64,000 nt of DNA, taken from the IMG/VR virus record IMGVR_UViG_3300032303_002003, positions 1 through 64,000 of that record; one strand, written 5' to 3'. The stretch comes from a virus (lineage: Duplodnaviria > Caudoviricetes). The translations under genes were made by a program, and so were the position numbers. Below the pieces are notes generated by a model. It saw nothing but the letters and a program-made list of their open reading frames with translations. It did no database searches and was not told where the DNA came from. Of the stretch, positions 60,751 through 64,000 are shown piece by piece (within the stretch, counting starts at the first letter, position 1; every line of letters starts with the position of its first letter).

Positions 60751-61144
60751 GGGGGTGAAATGGAATTGATTGGCGTTTATAGGGTTAGATGGCACGTAGG
60801 AGCTGAATTAACTCCTTAAAAACTGATTTAAAACGTAAATGGCAAAACCATTTCTAAACTTTCTACTCTTGGTCTTATCAGAGAAGAAAGCGTTGTAGCT
60901 GCTTAATTAGTAGAGTACGACATTGGGGTCGGTTAGGACATACACCTTGCAACAGAAGTCCGTTGTACGGGTCACAGGTCAGAGCTCGTTTAAAATAATT
61001 CTGAGACCAAGTTGTTTGCAGGTAGGTTTCTCACATACATCAAACCTGATATTTCGTAACGTTGAGAATTAATGTTGTACTAAACGTGTAGTCATCTGAT
61101 TTTATGGCGAACAAGACTCGGCTTCGACGCCGACACCTCCACCA
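60751..61144 (+). ncRNA. ssrA: tmRNA
   Basis: GGGGGTG/CACCTCC-ACCA acceptor stem with G3.U pair, T-arm TCGGC-TTCGAC-GCCGA, tag frame 60841-60906 GKTISKLSTLGLIREESVVAA*. Confidence 0.93.
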
Positions 61145-61146
61145 TT

Positions 61147-61174
61147 AAAAAAGGTTCCATCAGGAACCTTTTTT
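61147..61174. terminator. Bidirectional terminator after tmRNA
   Basis: AAAAAAGGTTCC-atca-GGAACCTTTTTT. Confidence 0.85.
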
Positions 61175-61717
61175 ATTTTCAACTAAAATACTAATTAATT
61201 CCCAAGTCATTTCATCCGTCATATCATTTTTCATCCAATTTATTGCTCTTGAAATCCATCTTATGTTACTTTTAATATACCCTATAGAACTATCTATTCT
61301 ATCTAAAGATGCCGAATAAATTGGATTTTTTTGAATTCGTGAGTATGATGATATTTCTAATTTTATTCCTGTAAATTCACAAATACCATTTTGCTTCTCC
61401 CATTGTTCCTTTAAATCATCAATTGTTATATCAATTTCAATATCTCTTACTTTATTTCTTTTTACAATATTTCTAAAATGGTACTTGAATTTTGTATAAT
61501 TATCCTTTCTATTACCTGAATGTTGAGATATATCGTAATCATTTTTTTTATCTCCAAAATTTTTTAAATTATATTTACCGGCGCAGGCCCTATTACAAAA
61601 ATGTTTTCTACCTATTTTTTCACTTCTTTTTATTTCTGTTAAAGGTTTTTCAAATTCAACATTACAATTATGGCAGATACATTTTCCTAATTTTTTAGTG
61701 GATAATCTTTTATTCAT
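61160..61717 (-). CDS. Putative HNH-type (His-Me finger) homing endonuclease
   Basis: CHNC..FCNRAC Zn finger; WEKQNGICEFTG..SLDRIDSSIGY..NIRW..N.MK. Confidence 0.8.
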   Translation of the reverse strand: MNKRLSTKKLGKCICHNCNVEFEKPLTEIKRSEKIGRKHFCNRACAGKYNLKNFGDKKNDYDISQHSGNRKDNYTKFKYHFRNIVKRNKVRDIEIDITIDDLKEQWEKQNGICEFTGIKLEISSYSRIQKNPIYSASLDRIDSSIGYIKSNIRWISRAINWMKNDMTDEMTWELISILVENKKGS

Positions 61718-61735
61718 ATTCTTTTATTATAAATA

Positions 61736-61770
61736 TATGGAGACGGGAAAAAGTTATGGAGACGGGAAAA
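61736..61770. repeat. 16-bp direct repeat TATGGAGACGGGAAAA x2
   Basis: Copies at 61736-61751 and 61755-61770. Confidence 0.9.
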
Positions 61771-61801
61771 TTTCTTTTTAATTTATAGTATATTTATCAT
61801 T

Positions 61802-63265
61802 ATGAAATTTTCTGAATTTGTCCTATCTGAAGGTAGAAGAGAAACATTACTTAAAAAGTATATGGGTGAGTATGATATGCAAACCTTAGATGCAATTTTA
61901 AATGATGAATTTACAAAAGCAACAAATTACAAATATGTTGATTGGATTTTTAATCATTTAGATTTTGCTTCCACCACACACGCATTAGAAGTTTTACAAT
62001 TAGTTAAAGACTTTGATAGGATAGGTAAGAATTTAGAAAAAAAAGACATCAATCAATATCCTGATGTTGCAGAACTAATGGGCGTTATACAATCTTATAG
62101 TTCAAAATCTCAAGAAAAAAAGATTGACTCTGACGCAAAAAAAATATATGAGGATGGTAGAGTTCTTATTGTGAAACCTTTATCTCATAAGGCATCTTGC
62201 AAATATGGTGCCGGAACCAAATGGTGCACAACAGAAACTTCACCAGGATATTACGATAAATATACATCAGGTAATCAGGGACTTTATTATATAATAATGA
62301 AAGATTTTGATATTAGTAATAAGTTTTATAAAATCGCATTACATAGAGATAATAATCAAGATACTTGGTATGATGCAAAAGATACACCGATGCCTCCAAG
62401 AGAAGTTGATGTATTAAAAGTGGGATTAGGAAAAAAAGCAACAAACGCAATTGATGATGATTTTAATGAGAACAAAAACAAAATAATTAAAGAACTTTTT
62501 AATCCAAAAAATCACGACCACGCAGTTGTCACTTACAACCTTTTTAATTCAACAAAACCATTAACCCTTGAGTTTAAAAACCCTCAAATATCTAATGAAG
62601 GTGCAGGATTTGCGGAAATGGATTTAATTGTTTATTTAGGTTGGGAAGATAATGAACAGATAATTGAACAGGGAACTTTAAAAATTTCTTATAATAAACT
62701 ACCTGGAAATGATTCATATTCTTTTGATGTTGGTTATGAACCCGATGATAGTTTTACCCCACCTGTTGAACTTACTACTTTGTGGAATATGGACGCCAAT
62801 TTTGGATTAAACCTAACGCAAAGCACTATCCCCCCATTCAAATACTTTTGCAATATATTGAATTCTCAAATTTGGAGAAGTCTTGAATATGATAAAAACT
62901 TACAAAAATTTGTTTTAGGTGGTAAAAAAAGTTGGAGTCCAAATAGAAGTAGTTATGGATTTACCTTTGAAAGAAAGGGTGGTTTAATCAATAAATTAGT
63001 TGATTATATAGATAGTGGAAAAGAAGGAAATGCAATAGATTTCTTGGAAGACGCAAAAGTTGTTAGAATTTTAGTCAACCCTGACGGAACAAAAAAATAT
63101 ATTGGAAAAAGAGGTCATATACAACCAAAAGGATATTTTAGCGCGTTTTTCGCATCTGCAAGAAACGCCGGAATATTAAATTACGAAAGAAAAAATAAAA
63201 AAAATATTTTAACAAAAGGCCCTAACTTTGATGATTTCAAAGAAGGTAATTTAGTCCCACTTTAA
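61802..63265 (+). CDS. Protein with PcfJ-like (YG..TKWC) domain and CTS-like N-terminus
   Basis: MKFSEFVLSE start; KPLSHKASCKYGAGTKWCTT...LYYII; TATTTAT 4 nt upstream. Confidence 0.65.
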   Translation: MKFSEFVLSEGRRETLLKKYMGEYDMQTLDAILNDEFTKATNYKYVDWIFNHLDFASTTHALEVLQLVKDFDRIGKNLEKKDINQYPDVAELMGVIQSYSSKSQEKKIDSDAKKIYEDGRVLIVKPLSHKASCKYGAGTKWCTTETSPGYYDKYTSGNQGLYYIIMKDFDISNKFYKIALHRDNNQDTWYDAKDTPMPPREVDVLKVGLGKKATNAIDDDFNENKNKIIKELFNPKNHDHAVVTYNLFNSTKPLTLEFKNPQISNEGAGFAEMDLIVYLGWEDNEQIIEQGTLKISYNKLPGNDSYSFDVGYEPDDSFTPPVELTTLWNMDANFGLNLTQSTIPPFKYFCNILNSQIWRSLEYDKNLQKFVLGGKKSWSPNRSSYGFTFERKGGLINKLVDYIDSGKEGNAIDFLEDAKVVRILVNPDGTKKYIGKRGHIQPKGYFSAFFASARNAGILNYERKNKKNILTKGPNFDDFKEGNLVPL

Positions 63266-63266
63266 T

Positions 63267-63602
63267 ATGAAATATAAACTATCAAACGAAAGATTAAAAC
63301 AATTAATTTTTAATTTACTTAATAAAGAATTGGGACGTGGGAAATTTCATGCTTGGATAGATTCTTATGGTTATAGTGATTTACGAAAAAATGATGAGCA
63401 TGATGGACTTATGGTTCTTGTTGATGAAGAAGAGATAAGAATATTTCCTGCACTATATAAAACTATGATGGAAGCCCTCGGAATGGATGTGTATCAAATG
63501 GAAGATTTTTTAACTTTGTGGGCAACTACTGAATTACCTAAAAAGTTCCCTACTGGTAGAAGATACTTTTTTGGTGATAAATTTGTGGATGTAATACATT
63601 AA
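63267..63602 (+). CDS. Hypothetical protein with leader-like N-terminus
   Basis: MKYKLSNERLKQLIFNLLNKE. Confidence 0.65.
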   Translation: MKYKLSNERLKQLIFNLLNKELGRGKFHAWIDSYGYSDLRKNDEHDGLMVLVDEEEIRIFPALYKTMMEALGMDVYQMEDFLTLWATTELPKKFPTGRRYFFGDKFVDVIH

Positions 63603-63823
63603 TTTTTTTTAGAAAGCCTGCGAAAGTAAAAATATAATCCAAAGAATACTCCCGCAATACAATACATAACGAAGTTGGCTCTCCATAAACTTCCTGTCCA
63701 TAACATCAGAGAATACTGAACGGCATCGAACCCAAAAGGATTGAAAAATAATGCCAACATTAAAAAGATTTGAGAGAGATTGTCTTGAAACGTTGCTCTC
63801 CAAGTTTTTTTGTTTATCGCCAT
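63599..63823 (-). CDS. Small membrane protein (2 TM)
   Basis: Two hydrophobic segments, basic C-terminus RRLSKKN. Confidence 0.6.
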   Translation of the reverse strand: MAINKKTWRATFQDNLSQIFLMLALFFNPFGFDAVQYSLMLWTGSLWRANFVMYCIAGVFFGLYFYFRRLSKKN

Positions 63824-63895
63824 CAGCCATAGGGTTAAATTTTAAATTTATGTCTTAATGACTAAATTTTATTATATTTAAATAAATATTAGAAT

Positions 63896-64000
63896 ATGAT
63901 AGATATTAAAAAAATTTTAGAAGAAGGAGGCCCGATGAAAAAGTATGATGGCATCGCCCCTGATGGATTTATATTGATTACTGAAGGTGCATTAGAAGAA
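63896..64000 (+). CDS. Hypothetical protein, 5' part (runs off window)
   Basis: Open frame MIDIKKILEEGGPMKKYDGIAPDG... Confidence 0.45.
   Translation, partial: MIDIKKILEEGGPMKKYDGIAPDGFILITEGALEE

Noticed and set aside
61100-61144. Separate tRNA gene
   Set aside because: T-arm and CCA belong to the tmRNA; no independent cloverleaf was noticed elsewhere by eye
63609-63830. Alternative-frame ORF overlapping 63599-63823
   Set aside because: The 63599 frame gives a more coherent two-TM protein; a holin call for it is also unsupported because no lysin is adjacent
1-64000. Stop-codon reassignment as seen in some large phages
   Set aside because: Standard code gives dense full-length genes; TAA, TGA and TAG all end genes at tight junctions

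Overview
AT-rich, standard-code segment of a large T4-like (jumbo) phage genome, most likely infecting Bacteroidota. Host evidence: a bS21 gene with the Bacteroidota Tyr54, a tmRNA with a GGC resume codon, TTTG-N19/20-TAnnTTTG promoters and a DUF4494-like gene. Layout: tail-fibre and virion genes (1-10 kb); a ~17 kb glycan biosynthesis block with exonuclease, dUTPase and PhoH (11-28 kb); a gp55-like sigma factor and baseplate/virion genes (28-35 kb); the head module of MCP, scaffold, protease, bS21, portal and TerL (39-49 kb); putative core proteins, NTase and KTSC (49-55 kb); a proteostasis group of Hsp20, N-domain-less ClpC, peptidase and tmRNA (55-61 kb); three free-standing endonucleases and one remnant. 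Three linked patterns stand out. (1) A shared N-terminal leader (LTEx[DE][LI]xxL[VI][KR]xx[IL][KR]EQ) is fused to unrelated cargo proteins and resembles a helix of the prohead scaffold, suggesting a modular capsid-targeting and protease-release system. (2) A sense-strand TATTTAT element lies just upstream of about 24 late-type genes. (3) An [ST][GA]x[TS] tetrapeptide is strongly enriched in virion proteins near the glycosylation cluster, a candidate phage-specific glycosylation sequon. All product calls come from motif recognition by eye; no database searches were run.
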